48,487 nt of DNA from Nitrospinaceae bacterium (GCA_046754465.1 JBHHVU010000019.1:1-48487); one strand, 5' to 3'; positions 9,642 through 20,710 are shown, numbered from the stretch's first letter. Notes: a model not told the origin generated them from the letters alone. A program made the numbers and translations.

Positions 9642-11120
9642 ATGGAAACACGAAAACGCGATTTAAATATTGTCCGGCTGGTGCGGGAAAGAACCGGGTC
9701 GGGGGAAATGGTCCTGAACCTGAGTTATGAACGGCTTGGGGATGCCGGGGTCACCTGGCTCGCGAGAAATTGCGACCTGTCCCATGTCATTCATTTGGAC
9801 TTGAGCTGGAACGAATTGACGGACCGGGGCTTGACGGAGCTATGCCAAAACCCATCGCTTACCCGATTGTCCACCCTGGTTCTGGACGGCAATAAAATCG
9901 GCGATGCCGGACCACGGGCATTGGCGGATGCATCCGGTTTCCCGGCTCTGAAAACCATCAGCTTCATCAACAACCGCGTCGGCGACGAGGGCACCCTGCA
10001 CCTCATTAAATCCACCAAGCTCCAGAGTTTGAATACACTGGTTGTGGAAGTGAACCAGATCGGGAAAATCCGGCTCGGTCAATTCCCCGACGGACCGGCA
10101 AACCCGTCGCTCAAACGCCTGCATCTCCTGAAGAATTATATGGACGACGATTCCCTGGCCGATTGGGTGCATACCGGGGCGTTCGAAAATCTGGAGCACC
10201 TGGACTTGAGTTGGAACCGGATCACCGACACTGGAGCGAAAACCCTGGCCCGGGCGCCTTCCTTGAGCCGGATTCAGGAATTGGTTCTTGATTCCAATTT
10301 TATAAGGAGCGAGGGCGCCCAGGCGATCGCCCAATCAAAATACCTCATCCGCCTCAAGTCCCTATTCCTGTTCGATAACGATTTCGACCGTAAAACCGAG
10401 ACGTTCTTGCAGGATCTTCGGGCACGGACCCTTTTCCGCTATCATCTTTCGGGCACGATCCTGAACCTGAACGAAACCCGTTTGGACAACAAGGGACTCC
10501 AGGCCCTGGCCCGGTCGGAAAGGCTTGAGGAGGTAGAAACGCTGCGCCTGAGAAGCAATCGTTTCGATCACGAAGGCCTGCGGGCGCTCGCGGAATCCGC
10601 CCACGTGAAAAACATTAGGGGATTGAACCTCATGGGCAACAAGGTGGGCAACAAGGGGGCGGTGCTTCTGGGGGAATCCGGGGCGTTTTCCGGATTGAAG
10701 AGGCTGAACCTGGAGAATACAGGCATCACCTGCCTGGGTGTTCTTGCCCTGGCGAAATCCCCAACCTTGCAGGGACTGGAAGAATTGATCCTGAGCCGAA
10801 ACGATCTTGCGGACAAGGGGATCCGCTATCTGGCGGAATCAAAAAACTACCGCCAGTTGAGGAAATTGTGGGCGGGCCATGTGTTCATGGGCAACCCGGG
10901 ATTTCAGGCCCTCGCGCTATCCGAAACGTTGGGCCGGTTGGAAGAACTTCGGGTGAACGGCAATGGCATCACCCGGCCGGGTCTCGAGTCTTTAGCGGGC
11001 TCCTCCCACCTGCCAGCGCTCAGGAAACTGGATTTCCGGGGCAACAAACTGAAGGACGCCGATTTGTTTTTTCTGACCGACACCCCCAGGTTCAACAGCC
11101 TGGAAACCCTGCGAATTTGA
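9642..11120 (+). CDS. Leucine-rich-repeat protein with two LRR blocks
   Basis: Same 28-aa LRR consensus throughout; starts 6 bp after the previous LRR gene. Confidence 0.9.
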   Translation: METRKRDLNIVRLVRERTGSGEMVLNLSYERLGDAGVTWLARNCDLSHVIHLDLSWNELTDRGLTELCQNPSLTRLSTLVLDGNKIGDAGPRALADASGFPALKTISFINNRVGDEGTLHLIKSTKLQSLNTLVVEVNQIGKIRLGQFPDGPANPSLKRLHLLKNYMDDDSLADWVHTGAFENLEHLDLSWNRITDTGAKTLARAPSLSRIQELVLDSNFIRSEGAQAIAQSKYLIRLKSLFLFDNDFDRKTETFLQDLRARTLFRYHLSGTILNLNETRLDNKGLQALARSERLEEVETLRLRSNRFDHEGLRALAESAHVKNIRGLNLMGNKVGNKGAVLLGESGAFSGLKRLNLENTGITCLGVLALAKSPTLQGLEELILSRNDLADKGIRYLAESKNYRQLRKLWAGHVFMGNPGFQALALSETLGRLEELRVNGNGITRPGLESLAGSSHLPALRKLDFRGNKLKDADLFFLTDTPRFNSLETLRI

Positions 11121-11143
11121 CCTCGCCGCATGAGAATCGACGG

Positions 11144-11383
11144 CTATTCCACTTCCCAGCCTTTATGCGTCATGCAATGGTTATAAATTTCATCCCTCTT
11201 GCGGGTCCAGGTGATTCCGCCGACCCCAAAACCTCGCGCCGAGTCCTCCGCCTTTCCGGTGCAGAACGCCTGGTCATTCTCAAACCGGCTTTGTTGCTCG
11301 GGGGTGAGGTTGGGTGGGGAGGGAGAAGCAGCACACCCAGTCAAAAACAAGATCGCAGCCGTCCAAAACAGTTTTTTAAACAT
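11144..11383 (-). CDS. Small lipoprotein
   Basis: MFKK, hydrophobic stretch, lipobox FLTGC; GAGGAGG upstream; two further Cys. Confidence 0.75.
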   Translation of the reverse strand: MFKKLFWTAAILFLTGCAASPSPPNLTPEQQSRFENDQAFCTGKAEDSARGFGVGGITWTRKRDEIYNHCMTHKGWEVE

Positions 11384-11776
11384 AGCCTCCTCAAATTAAA
11401 AAACCTTCGAATTCAGGGGTTTGGGGCCACCCGGAAAGATCGGGTGAATTTTGCAAACCTGTAACCCCGGCTTGACCGGCTCGTAACCGGACATCCTTAT
11501 ACTGAACAAATAGTTCCGGTGTGCCGGAAAACATCTTGATCTTTTTTTGAAATGAATGTACAAACTATCAGCCTTTTGGCGGTAAATCAAGGTGTGGACA
11601 ATATTTTCTCAAGGCTTCCCAAGCCCCGGAACGAGGATTTCCAGGGACAGGAAAAAACACCAGGAACATTTTTGGGGAAATTAATTTCCGGTTCCCCATA
11701 AACAGAATTACGGAGCTTCAGGTCCCTGCTGCAAAAAAAAAAGCCGGTAAAAAAAATTCTATCGCGGGATAAAACA

Positions 11777-12157
11777 ATGAAACCCCAATCTTTCTTCAAA
11801 AAATATTTGTTTGAAGTTATTTTTTCAACGGTCTTGGTCCTCCTGGTCTCGGTCAATATCATATTTCCCCCTTCGGGCCCGGCAGAAATCCAGCGGGCCG
11901 AGGTCTTGAGCCACAAAGTGTTGTCCCTTTACAAGGCCGGAAAATATAACGATGCCGTGCCGATCGCGTTGAGGGTTTTGAAGATCCGGGAAAGAAGCTT
12001 GGGTCCCAATCACTACGACGTGGCGGTTGCCCTGCAAACGCTGGCGGGAATTTACCAAGCGGTGGGGGATTACGGAAAAGCCGCGCCGTTGGACCGGAGA
12101 GCCTTGAAAATCCTCGGAGAAAAACCCAAAATTTCCCGTCAGGTGGCCGCCAGATAA
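11777..12157 (+). CDS. Membrane-anchored TPR protein (kinesin-light-chain-like TPR)
   Basis: N-terminal TM segment; GKYNDAVPIALRVLKIRERSLGPNHYDVAVALQTLA.IY. Confidence 0.8.
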   Translation: MKPQSFFKKYLFEVIFSTVLVLLVSVNIIFPPSGPAEIQRAEVLSHKVLSLYKAGKYNDAVPIALRVLKIRERSLGPNHYDVAVALQTLAGIYQAVGDYGKAAPLDRRALKILGEKPKISRQVAAR

Positions 12158-12159
12158 CC

Positions 12160-12258
12160 GCCCCAGCCCCTGGGGAGGGAATAGGTCGTAGCATCATCGC
12201 CAGCCCACCTTGGTTCGGCATATTACGCATATCCAACTACCAGCGGCGGTTCGCCGCC
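12160..12258 (-). repeat. Dispersed ~100-bp repeat, copy 2
   Basis: On minus strand: GCGGCG-AAC-CGCCGC, GATATGCGTAATATGCCGAACC, TGGCGATGATGC, GACCTATTCCCTCCCCAGGGG; begins right after the stop at 12157. Confidence 0.9.
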
Positions 12259-12304
12259 CGGCCCCTTATATTTCAAACCCTACCAGGAAAAAGCCCGGAA
12301 TTGA

Positions 12305-12333
12305 TTGACAATTTTGGCATACTGAAATAGATT
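12305..12333 (+). promoter_or_regulatory. Sigma-70-type promoter
   Basis: TTGACA (12305-12310), 17 nt, TAGATT (12328-12333). Confidence 0.65.
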
Positions 12334-12571
12334 AAGCATGGATCCCGCATCTTTCGGTTGCCGCACCCATCTCTCAGAGGCCGCTCCAGTTCACCATCGG
12401 CTCAAGGTTCCCGTTCTCGTAGGTTACCTTTACCGGTGGACCCCGGCAAATCGGGCCACCGCGCCAGGTCAGGCAACCGATTTCATTCCCCCCCCGGGAT
12501 ATGTCACGCCTGGGACCGGGAATTAAAAAAATCCTATTGAACCAGGGATCCAATTGAATGGAGGGAGGGCG

Positions 12572-13174
12572 ATGATGAAACAACTAGTTATGTTATTTGG
12601 GATCCTGTTTACGCTGGCCGTTTTTACCCAGGGGTGCGAATCGGGCAAAAAAACGGTTTCCCAAGAAAAGAAACAGGAGGAAACCGCGGAAAAAAGCGCC
12701 CCGGAACAGCAAGAGGCTCCCGCGGTAAGCGCCCCGGCAACCCAGGTCCCCGAGGAAAGCCCAGCGGAGGAATCGAAAGAATCCGGCGAGGAAGCCGCGG
12801 GTGAAATGCAAGAGGCTTCAGGCGCCGGTGGAGGGGAATCGGAAAAACCCGCGGCTGAAGGCGCGGGAGAGATCGCCAGTCTTGCTGCCGGAGGGGCTCT
12901 TCCTGCTCCGGATGCTTCCCCGGGCAAGGCGGAAAATGAAAAGGGCATCGAGCATTTCAAGGAAGGGCACTGGGATGTGGCGGAAAAACATTTCAAGGGG
13001 GCCATCGAAGCCGACCCCAATCTCGCGGAGGCCCATTATAATCTGGCCCTGGCGCTGGACAAACTCGGCAACCATGGCGATGCCACGAACCATTTCCGGA
13101 AAGCCCTTGAACTGGCCGGGGATAACCCGAAAATAAAGGATTCGCAAATTCTCAAGGACCACCTGAAAAGTTGA
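12572..13174 (+). CDS. Lipoprotein with low-complexity E/A-rich linker and C-terminal TPR
   Basis: GGAGG SD; lipobox FTQGC; ENEKGIEHF..G.W..A..HF..AI..DP...EAHYNLALAL. Confidence 0.85.
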   Translation: MMKQLVMLFGILFTLAVFTQGCESGKKTVSQEKKQEETAEKSAPEQQEAPAVSAPATQVPEESPAEESKESGEEAAGEMQEASGAGGGESEKPAAEGAGEIASLAAGGALPAPDASPGKAENEKGIEHFKEGHWDVAEKHFKGAIEADPNLAEAHYNLALALDKLGNHGDATNHFRKALELAGDNPKIKDSQILKDHLKS

Positions 13175-13648
13175 ATTGCCCAATAAGCTGAAAGAGGGAA
13201 AGAAATCCTTCGCTTTTTCTACGTGGCGAGCGATCCGGACAACAAATGTAGGGGAGATGAAAGTTCCGGAAGGATCTTCCTAACGCTTTGGTATTCAACT
13301 TAACTCATCGAGAAATCGCTGGGTCTTGCTGTCGTTTACTTTAAAATAGGATACATGTCATCCAAGGGGTTGGATACGTGGGGGAAAAGTGTCCTGACCT
13401 TCCGAAGATTCACTCCTTGGAATGCTTAGAAAACCCTGTTCGCCAATAAATTCATCGAATCGAAGCCAGTCGGCCTGGAAAACTTTGGCCCGAGAACCGG
13501 AAAGGGAGAGAAATATTCCTTACGGAGCACCTTGATGGCTTGCGGCAAGAAATAAGGCCGGAAAAAACGAGCTCCCAGCGGCCCTATAAACTTAACCCGT
13601 GAGAAATCCTGTCCGATCCCACTCCAAATAGTGAAAGGCCACCCCTAT

Positions 13649-15577
13649 TCAATAATCAGTGATCAGGCTGCGAAGTTTATCAATTTCAGATGTTTTTCCA
13701 ACAAATCCCCAAAACACCCAGTAGGGTCCTATTTTCTTCTCTTGATAAGAAATCTGATTTTTTGTCAAGAATTCCTGATAAGTCCCCTTAACCTTCTCAC
13801 CTTGAATAACGATTCCGAATTTTGGGATATGGGCCAACCTGGCTTTTTGGATTTTCCCTCGGTGCGATGTGGTAAATTCGCCAACGCTTAATTTACCCTG
13901 ACTTAAGAAAGCGGTCTTGGAAGCATCTATATAACCGGCATAAGCCGCTGGAATATTTTTTGAGTTTAAAAAACCAATCACATTCAACAGAGGCTCCCTC
14001 TTTTTTAATATAGAGAAATTTTTTATAACAGCTTGGTCCTCATAAAATCTATAATTATTCTGAAGGTAAAAACCAGCCCATACCCCTAACAACAGGATAA
14101 ATGCAATCACGGATTGTTGGCGAATTTTATTGAGGTAGATGGCCACCCAAATCACTATTCCTCCATATAAGGGAAACAAATATCGGGCATTGGGTCCAAG
14201 CCGAACTACAATATTTGCGGCGCAAATTAAAATGGGCAATAATAGGAATATTAAAGCAGGATTAAATTCCAGGCTCCGGAATGTAATAATCCTTTTAACA
14301 TCTTTCTTATTCGAGGCAAAAAAAGAATAGGCGGACAATATAATTAAACCTGATACCAAAAGGAGCAAAACGACGTCAATTGGGGAAAAAAGTTCTTTGT
14401 AATCGCTTGCGAAAAAATTGACCAGTGGTTCACGCAAACCCAAAATTTCAGGGAGATGCGTGGTCATTAAGCTCCAAAAGTGTTGGAGCAGTTTTACCGG
14501 GAAGATATCCACGTCAAACCCCTGCCCACCTCTTCGCGTTTCCCCGGTCAGAATACTTGCCAACCTTGGTGAAATCCCGATAAAAAAACCAAGGGATCCC
14601 CAAGCCACCATTTTTTTTATTTTTGAATCGCCTGCATAAACAAGAGCTTTCAATTTTTTAAAATAAACCGGAAGATCCTTCCAGAAAATCAAAAGGCGTA
14701 TGGCAATCAGGCCCAGGATCTGGAATACGGGTTTGTGCAGATTGTTGATTTGAAAGATGGAAACTCCAGCAATATCAAATCCGAACCCACCAAAAATGTA
14801 AGAAAAAAGCGCCGCGGAAAAAAAGAAAAGTATTACCACGTCCAAAAATCGGGCCACAACTTCTCTTTTGGTGGTCAAATTTTTAAAAATGCCGGAAACA
14901 GCAGAAAAAGATACATGGCTACGCATTGTTTCCCAGTCAGGATGGGACAAAATATATAAAAGAAAAATTGTAAAAATATGAAGAAGAGAATAGGTATAAG
15001 AATAAACCGCTAAACCCATAGTTGCGGATAAGAGAAAAACCGTGCGGAGGTGATTTTTATTTGAGGATTTGGCCTTAATAAACAGCAAAAATATTATATT
15101 CCCCATAAAACTGATAAGGACATGAGGCCAGTTTTTGGTGGAAATCAATGTAACAGCCGGGGGTGAAAACAGCATAAGAAATACCACTATATAGCCTATC
15201 GCTGGATGGAATTTTTTCGCGATCAAATAGGATGTCCATACATACGACAAATAAAATAAAACCGGGGGCATTTTATAAGCCAACGCATTTGTCCCCAGGA
15301 CCTCGAAAAAAGGAATTGCCGTCAGGCCATATAAAATTCCGGCATACTTTTCTGTTTCGTAGTAAAAAAATAGGGGTGCGCCATTCAACAAGCTTAAAAT
15401 TGACTGGGCCTGATGGGCTTCATCGCCATCTAAAAAGGAATCAGCGTTGAGTAATATCGGGTAGCGTAATGCGAGGATGGCAAAAAAAATCAGGGTGATA
15501 TTGATGAGACTGAAGGCAAAGTCCCGAATGGCGGGTTTTAAATTTTGACTCATTCCCTTTTGGCCTTTCACTTGCAC
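13649..15577 (-). CDS. Multi-pass membrane protein, probable GT-C (PMT/ArnT-like) glycosyltransferase; start may be ATG 15553
   Basis: LDGDEA acidic motif in the first loop, many TM helices, RYLFP motif; AT-rich. Confidence 0.65.
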   Translation of the reverse strand: MQVKGQKGMSQNLKPAIRDFAFSLINITLIFFAILALRYPILLNADSFLDGDEAHQAQSILSLLNGAPLFFYYETEKYAGILYGLTAIPFFEVLGTNALAYKMPPVLFYLSYVWTSYLIAKKFHPAIGYIVVFLMLFSPPAVTLISTKNWPHVLISFMGNIIFLLFIKAKSSNKNHLRTVFLLSATMGLAVYSYTYSLLHIFTIFLLYILSHPDWETMRSHVSFSAVSGIFKNLTTKREVVARFLDVVILFFFSAALFSYIFGGFGFDIAGVSIFQINNLHKPVFQILGLIAIRLLIFWKDLPVYFKKLKALVYAGDSKIKKMVAWGSLGFFIGISPRLASILTGETRRGGQGFDVDIFPVKLLQHFWSLMTTHLPEILGLREPLVNFFASDYKELFSPIDVVLLLLVSGLIILSAYSFFASNKKDVKRIITFRSLEFNPALIFLLLPILICAANIVVRLGPNARYLFPLYGGIVIWVAIYLNKIRQQSVIAFILLLGVWAGFYLQNNYRFYEDQAVIKNFSILKKREPLLNVIGFLNSKNIPAAYAGYIDASKTAFLSQGKLSVGEFTTSHRGKIQKARLAHIPKFGIVIQGEKVKGTYQEFLTKNQISYQEKKIGPYWVFWGFVGKTSEIDKLRSLITDY

Positions 15578-15686
15578 CCTACATCATTTGTAAAAATCAC
15601 GACTTCGGTTGCCAAACATTGTTAAAAGGGGGGGGTCAACTGGAGGGCGCGAAATGATCAAAGCAGATTGCGTGCAGTTTTTTGAA

Positions 15687-16508
15687 TTAAGCCAACTTAA
15701 TCATAATAGCGTGTCCGTTAAGATTGTGTATTACAATGCGGTCTGGTTTTTCACCCGCCTCCTCGACCAGTTCGGTTATGCCATCACACTGACAATGACC
15801 GTAATCATCGAAAACAACCAGCCCTCCGATCACCAATCTTCCCCAAACCCAATCCAAAATATCCTTGGCTGACTGATACACATCCACATCGATATGGCAA
15901 AACCGAAAAATTTTATTTTCGAGGCCACTCCCGGTATCATCAGGAAAAATACCCTCCAATACCCGAACATTATCAAGGGCCATTTGGGACGACAACTCCT
16001 CTACGATTTCTTTTGATGTGTCAGCTACTTCACCCCCCTTGTAAACAGGGTCTTTTTCTCCCGCCTTTACCACTCCTCTAAAAGTATCACACAAATAGAT
16101 GGTGGCTGGAATTTGCTCGACCTGACATTTTCGCCCAATCAAACAACCACTCCCCCCCCGCCACACACCCACTTCAAGAATATCGCCCTTGAGCTTTTTA
16201 ATCTCTTTTATAAGTTGCCAAAGGGAATAACATCTATATTCGTCAACACGTGTGTTATGTCTTATTTGTGACCAGGCCTCTTGAAAGGGTTCATCCTTCA
16301 TCCAGGGACTGTATGTATACTCAGGCATTATGATGGAGTGCTTGGAAGTATCGATTCGTCCCGAGAAAAAAATTCTCGCACATAAAAACAATGCTTTTTT
16401 TATGCATCCAAAAACAATTCTCTCAATATATCTGCCAATTTTAAATTTCAATGTAGAGGCAACCCTGCTTTTTGGTTTTTTCACTTCCATACTTATTCCC
16501 TGGTTCAT
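15687..16508 (-). CDS. TylF/MycF-family sugar O-methyltransferase
   Basis: GDILEVGVWRGGS, LCDTF.G, G.FPD, HIDVD.YQS, GG.VVFDDYG. Confidence 0.9.
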   Translation of the reverse strand: MNQGISMEVKKPKSRVASTLKFKIGRYIERIVFGCIKKALFLCARIFFSGRIDTSKHSIIMPEYTYSPWMKDEPFQEAWSQIRHNTRVDEYRCYSLWQLIKEIKKLKGDILEVGVWRGGSGCLIGRKCQVEQIPATIYLCDTFRGVVKAGEKDPVYKGGEVADTSKEIVEELSSQMALDNVRVLEGIFPDDTGSGLENKIFRFCHIDVDVYQSAKDILDWVWGRLVIGGLVVFDDYGHCQCDGITELVEEAGEKPDRIVIHNLNGHAIMIKLA

Positions 16509-16642
16509 TTGGATTTCAACCTCCTTACCGCTGCCGTACCGGTATTCAATCTATTTTTGCTTCTCCCGCAGACTATTATTATCTGGCTATGATGATAGAG
16601 GAAATTTCAACCACGGGAAAAACATTTAATGAGAGTAAATTT

Positions 16643-17443
16643 TTATTCTTGAGCAGAAACCTCCCTTGGAAGAGGGGGCGGTATTTCACCCAATTTGGTT
16701 CCGCTGCCACTAAAAATTTCAAAGGTTTTAATTTTACTCTTGTGAAGCAAAAATTTCAGGGTTGTATTTAAAACATTAATTCCATAAACCACACTTCTTT
16801 TGAAACTTATGGAAGAGGCGTCTTCAAAATATTTAGTTGGGCAGCTTATTTCCCCAATTCTAAAACCAAAAAACAAGCTTTGCGCAATCATTTCATTGTC
16901 AAAAACAAAATCGTCGGAGTTTTCCCCGAGTGGCAACACCCTCAACACCTCCTTGGTGAACGCCCTGAAACCCGTATGATACTCGGAAATTCTCACACCA
17001 AAAAACGCATTCTGGAAAACCGTTAACAATCTATTTGCAAAATATTTATATAAAGGCATCCCACCCCTGATGGCGCTACCTCCAAGCATTCTGGACCCCA
17101 AAACAATATCATATTCCTCCGAGGCCACCATGGAAGCCATGGCCATAACCAGACGCGGTGAATACTGATAATCCGGGTGAACCATAATCACAATATCTGC
17201 GCCAAGACTTAATGCTTCCCGATAACAGGTTTTCTGGTTCGCCCCGTACCCCTTGTTTTCTCTGTGAATGATTGTTTTAACACCCAATTCTCGTGATATT
17301 TTAATAGTGTTATCACTTGAGTAATCGTCAACCAGAATCACCTCGTCAATATATTCGTGGGGGAGTTCCTCATGCGTCCGTCTTAACGTTTTTTCGGCGT
17401 TATAGGCTGGCATCACGACAATAACTTTTTTGCCCAAAATCAT
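16643..17443 (-). CDS. Glycosyltransferase family 2 (DPM1-like)
   Basis: [46 protein letters not shown]. Confidence 0.92.
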   Translation of the reverse strand: MILGKKVIVVMPAYNAEKTLRRTHEELPHEYIDEVILVDDYSSDNTIKISRELGVKTIIHRENKGYGANQKTCYREALSLGADIVIMVHPDYQYSPRLVMAMASMVASEEYDIVLGSRMLGGSAIRGGMPLYKYFANRLLTVFQNAFFGVRISEYHTGFRAFTKEVLRVLPLGENSDDFVFDNEMIAQSLFFGFRIGEISCPTKYFEDASSISFKRSVVYGINVLNTTLKFLLHKSKIKTFEIFSGSGTKLGEIPPPLPREVSAQE

Positions 17444-17917
17444 TATAATTTCTTTAGTTTCAAAAAATCAAACCGTTGAAAATTACCTTTTGATATACCG
17501 GGGGTGGAGGGGGAATTATATTTTAATCGCCAGAAATTTTCAGCTAGACATTTTCATTTTTTAAGTTTATGTTTAGGCCATTCCTAAAAATCACATTGTT
17601 TTAATTGAATTTTCTCCTAATTTGGTTTTTTGCGAAACTACGCATATTCTGGCGCGGCTTAATGGATCTTGTGTTTTTGCCCGACCCGACCGGTGGGAAG
17701 GTTCAGGCATCCCGATTCTGATCCGGATACAACCGAAGGGTGCCCAGGGATTGGCTCCGGGATTTATAGGGGCATTCAAGTGAATGGTTCGCGTTGCCTA
17801 TAATCAAAGCAACTTATTATTCGGTTCGACTTCGCGAAAAACTGCAATCAGAATTTCAGCCAACATACAAACTGTTTAAGCCAATTTCAAAGTTGCCTCA
17901 TTCAATCAGGCTCAACC

Positions 17918-18934
17918 GTGACCGCCCCCAGTGATTTAATAATAAAAAAGTCCTCTAAGGTGGAAAATCATTCATATGACTTTTGCTCCATTTGCAACAG
18001 CGAGTTAAAAAAAGTATCCATAAAAAATATTGTAAAAAATGGCACAACATACAATATTTACGAATGTGAAAATTGCCTGACAAGTTCGACCCATCCTGCC
18101 CCCACGAAAGAAGATTTATCAAAATTCTATTCCTCTGGAAATTACAGGACCGAAAAAGGCAAACGATTTAATCCTGTGATCGAGTTATGCATCAATTTTT
18201 CCCGCCTTTTGAAAAAAAGACGAATAAAACGATACGTAAAAAAAGGACGTATTCTTGATGTCGGGTGTGGAAGAGGGCTTTTTCTCAATGTAATGAAAAA
18301 AGATGGTTGGAGTGTGATCGGGAATGAATTTAATGATGAAACCGCCTCATCGGCAGTCAATGTCTATGGTATTGAGGTTATTTCGGGAAACTTAGAGAAG
18401 TCCGACCTCCCCAGTGAAAGCTTTGATGTCATCAATATCAATCATGTGTTGGAACACTTGCATAATCCTCCGGAAATTCTTGCTGAATGCAAAAGATTGT
18501 TAAAAAAGGGAGGTCTTCTTATTGTCACGGTTCCCGATATTTCCAGCCTCCAGGCAACCTTGGGGAAAAGTGCCTGGATACACCTGGATGTTCCCTGCCA
18601 CCTTTTTCATTTCTCCGAAAAAAGTTTGTCCCGATTATTGCAAAGTTATTCATTAAAGATAATGAGGATAAGACGGTTTGACCTTGAATACAATGTTTTT
18701 GGGTGGTTGCAAACTTTATTGAACCTCTCTTGGGTCCAGGAAAACCTTCTCTATGATATTCTAAAAAGCCGCAATCTTAGAAGAGAAGCCTTATCAAACG
18801 TTTCCTTTAGAGACTTGGTTCTGACTTTTTCCCTCTTGCCCATATATTTTCCGATATCGATCGTCCTTTCAGTATTTGAATCATTAATATTTAAAAAGGG
18901 TGGCTCGGTTGAAATTTTTGCATTGAAGGAATGA
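17918..18934 (+). CDS. Class I SAM-dependent methyltransferase with N-terminal Cys pairs
   Basis: CSIC and CENC; ILDVGCGRG; HVLEHL..P; HLFHFS. Confidence 0.88.
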   Translation: MTAPSDLIIKKSSKVENHSYDFCSICNSELKKVSIKNIVKNGTTYNIYECENCLTSSTHPAPTKEDLSKFYSSGNYRTEKGKRFNPVIELCINFSRLLKKRRIKRYVKKGRILDVGCGRGLFLNVMKKDGWSVIGNEFNDETASSAVNVYGIEVISGNLEKSDLPSESFDVININHVLEHLHNPPEILAECKRLLKKGGLLIVTVPDISSLQATLGKSAWIHLDVPCHLFHFSEKSLSRLLQSYSLKIMRIRRFDLEYNVFGWLQTLLNLSWVQENLLYDILKSRNLRREALSNVSFRDLVLTFSLLPIYFPISIVLSVFESLIFKKGGSVEIFALKE

Positions 18935-19174
18935 CCCTTAAAATTCTTAAGCATATTATTTATTCTTAGGGAAAGATAATAGAACAGGCGACGGTCAAAA
19001 GACCTATTATCGTTTTAAATTGAATCGTGGTGTTGTAAACTTTCTCCATTAAAAATGATTGGGCAGCCTATCCTTGAAAAGATCAGGGTTTTATGGCCAA
19101 TGGATTCGCCCCCGATCGTTTTATAAGGTATCATTTTAAAAAATCATGTTGATTCGTATCCGGAGTGCGCAAAC

Positions 19175-20710
19175 ATGACCGATGTACTTTTGATCAACCC
19201 TTCCTATCAATCGAGCTACGGTGGAACCAAAGCTTCCATCGTCAATCCTTTTTTCCCCACACTGGGTTTAGCTACTATTGCAGCGGTCGCCAGACAACGA
19301 GGGCATAAGGTTCATATTTTGGATCTTTGCTGGCGGCCGTATGACTTTGAGCTGATTCGCTCCAAGGTTCTGCAGGTTAAGCCGGATGTGGTCGGCATCT
19401 CAGCGACCACACCCCTCATGAATCAATTGCGGGACATCAGCGTCCTAGTGAAAGACCTTTCTAAAAACATAATGGTCGTTGGCGGGGGCCCGCACCCAAC
19501 CGCACTTCCCAGGGAAACATTGCGCGAGTCTCTACTTGACGCCGTTTGCGTCGGCGAAGCTGACTACACATTTGCCGAGTTGTGTGATAATTCGATTCTT
19601 TCGGAAATTCCGGGAATCTACTACCGCTCGGGTGACGAAATCATAAATACGGGACCGAGAAATCCAATTGAAAACCTTGACGACCTCCCCTTTCCTGCAT
19701 GGGATCTTTATAACCCGGGAGACTACAAGAAGATTTCACGGCTGATCGCCAGGCGTCCCCCGGTGACAACGGCGGAATTCTCTCGAGGCTGCGTGTTTTT
19801 GTGCGATTTCTGCGCCAGTAAAATGACCATGGCGCTCGGCTACCGTAAAAAATCCCCTAAGCGGTGCTCCGAGGAAATCAAGTATATGTATGACGCGGGT
19901 TTTCGCGAATTCTGGTTGGCTGACGATATATTCACCTCCGACCCAAAATGGGCCTCAGCTGTAAGTGAAGCCATCCTTAAAACGGGCATTGACATGGCTT
20001 GGACCTGCAGCAACGGGATTCGCGTTGAAAGCGCCGACAAGGAACTATTTAAGACCATGAAAAAGGCGGGTTGCTACCGGGTTTCTTTTGGATTTGAGAG
20101 CGGTAACGACGAAGTTTTGAAATCCTTTGGCAAAGGTGGGCGCGCCACCATTGAACAGGGTCGGACAGCCGTCAAAAAAGCTCGCGTTGCCGGAATTGAA
20201 ACCAACGCCTTTTTCATGCTGGGACTCACCGGAGACACGGAGGAGACGATTATGGATACCATCGAATACGCCCGTACTCTTCCCGTTCACCTGGCAAAAT
20301 TTGGAGTAGCCATTGCCTTCCCGGGAAGTTCCATGTTTAACAAATACGTCAGGAAAGGTCTCGTAAAATCTTACGATTGGGACCAATACTTCGTTTATAC
20401 AGACAAACATCTATTTGCCCATGAAAACCTTTCTTATGAAATGATCCAGCGACTCATGAAACTCGCCTACAGGAAAGCCATTCTTTTTAATCCCAGCTTC
20501 GCCTTTAGACGGCTCATACGCGCCTTTCAAACAGGAGAAATTTTCTCCGACATCTTCCACTCCATCAAGTTTTTCATAATGCCAACGGTGCAAACCAAGG
20601 ATTCGTCGAATTACTATGCCCAAGAGCGCTGGCCAATTCATGATTTCTGGAAAAATCCACCGACTGAGATTCCCTTTAAAGTCGTGGGAAAGAAACAAGA
20701 GGTTTTATAA
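19175..20710 (+). CDS. Cobalamin-binding radical SAM protein (class B methylase-like)
   Basis: PTLGLATIAA, VGGGPHPT (B12-binding domain), SRGCVFLCDFC (CxxxCxxC), GFESG. Confidence 0.9.
   Translation: MTDVLLINPSYQSSYGGTKASIVNPFFPTLGLATIAAVARQRGHKVHILDLCWRPYDFELIRSKVLQVKPDVVGISATTPLMNQLRDISVLVKDLSKNIMVVGGGPHPTALPRETLRESLLDAVCVGEADYTFAELCDNSILSEIPGIYYRSGDEIINTGPRNPIENLDDLPFPAWDLYNPGDYKKISRLIARRPPVTTAEFSRGCVFLCDFCASKMTMALGYRKKSPKRCSEEIKYMYDAGFREFWLADDIFTSDPKWASAVSEAILKTGIDMAWTCSNGIRVESADKELFKTMKKAGCYRVSFGFESGNDEVLKSFGKGGRATIEQGRTAVKKARVAGIETNAFFMLGLTGDTEETIMDTIEYARTLPVHLAKFGVAIAFPGSSMFNKYVRKGLVKSYDWDQYFVYTDKHLFAHENLSYEMIQRLMKLAYRKAILFNPSFAFRRLIRAFQTGEIFSDIFHSIKFFIMPTVQTKDSSNYYAQERWPIHDFWKNPPTEIPFKVVGKKQEVL

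Noticed and set aside
11733..11756. A10 and A8 tracts as a phase-variation switch
   Set aside because: Intergenic with no evident promoter spacer involved; homopolymers are common in this window
12464..12480. SRP (4.5S) RNA because of CCAGGTCAGG
   Set aside because: The following CCGGAAGGAAGCAGC helix-8 motif is absent
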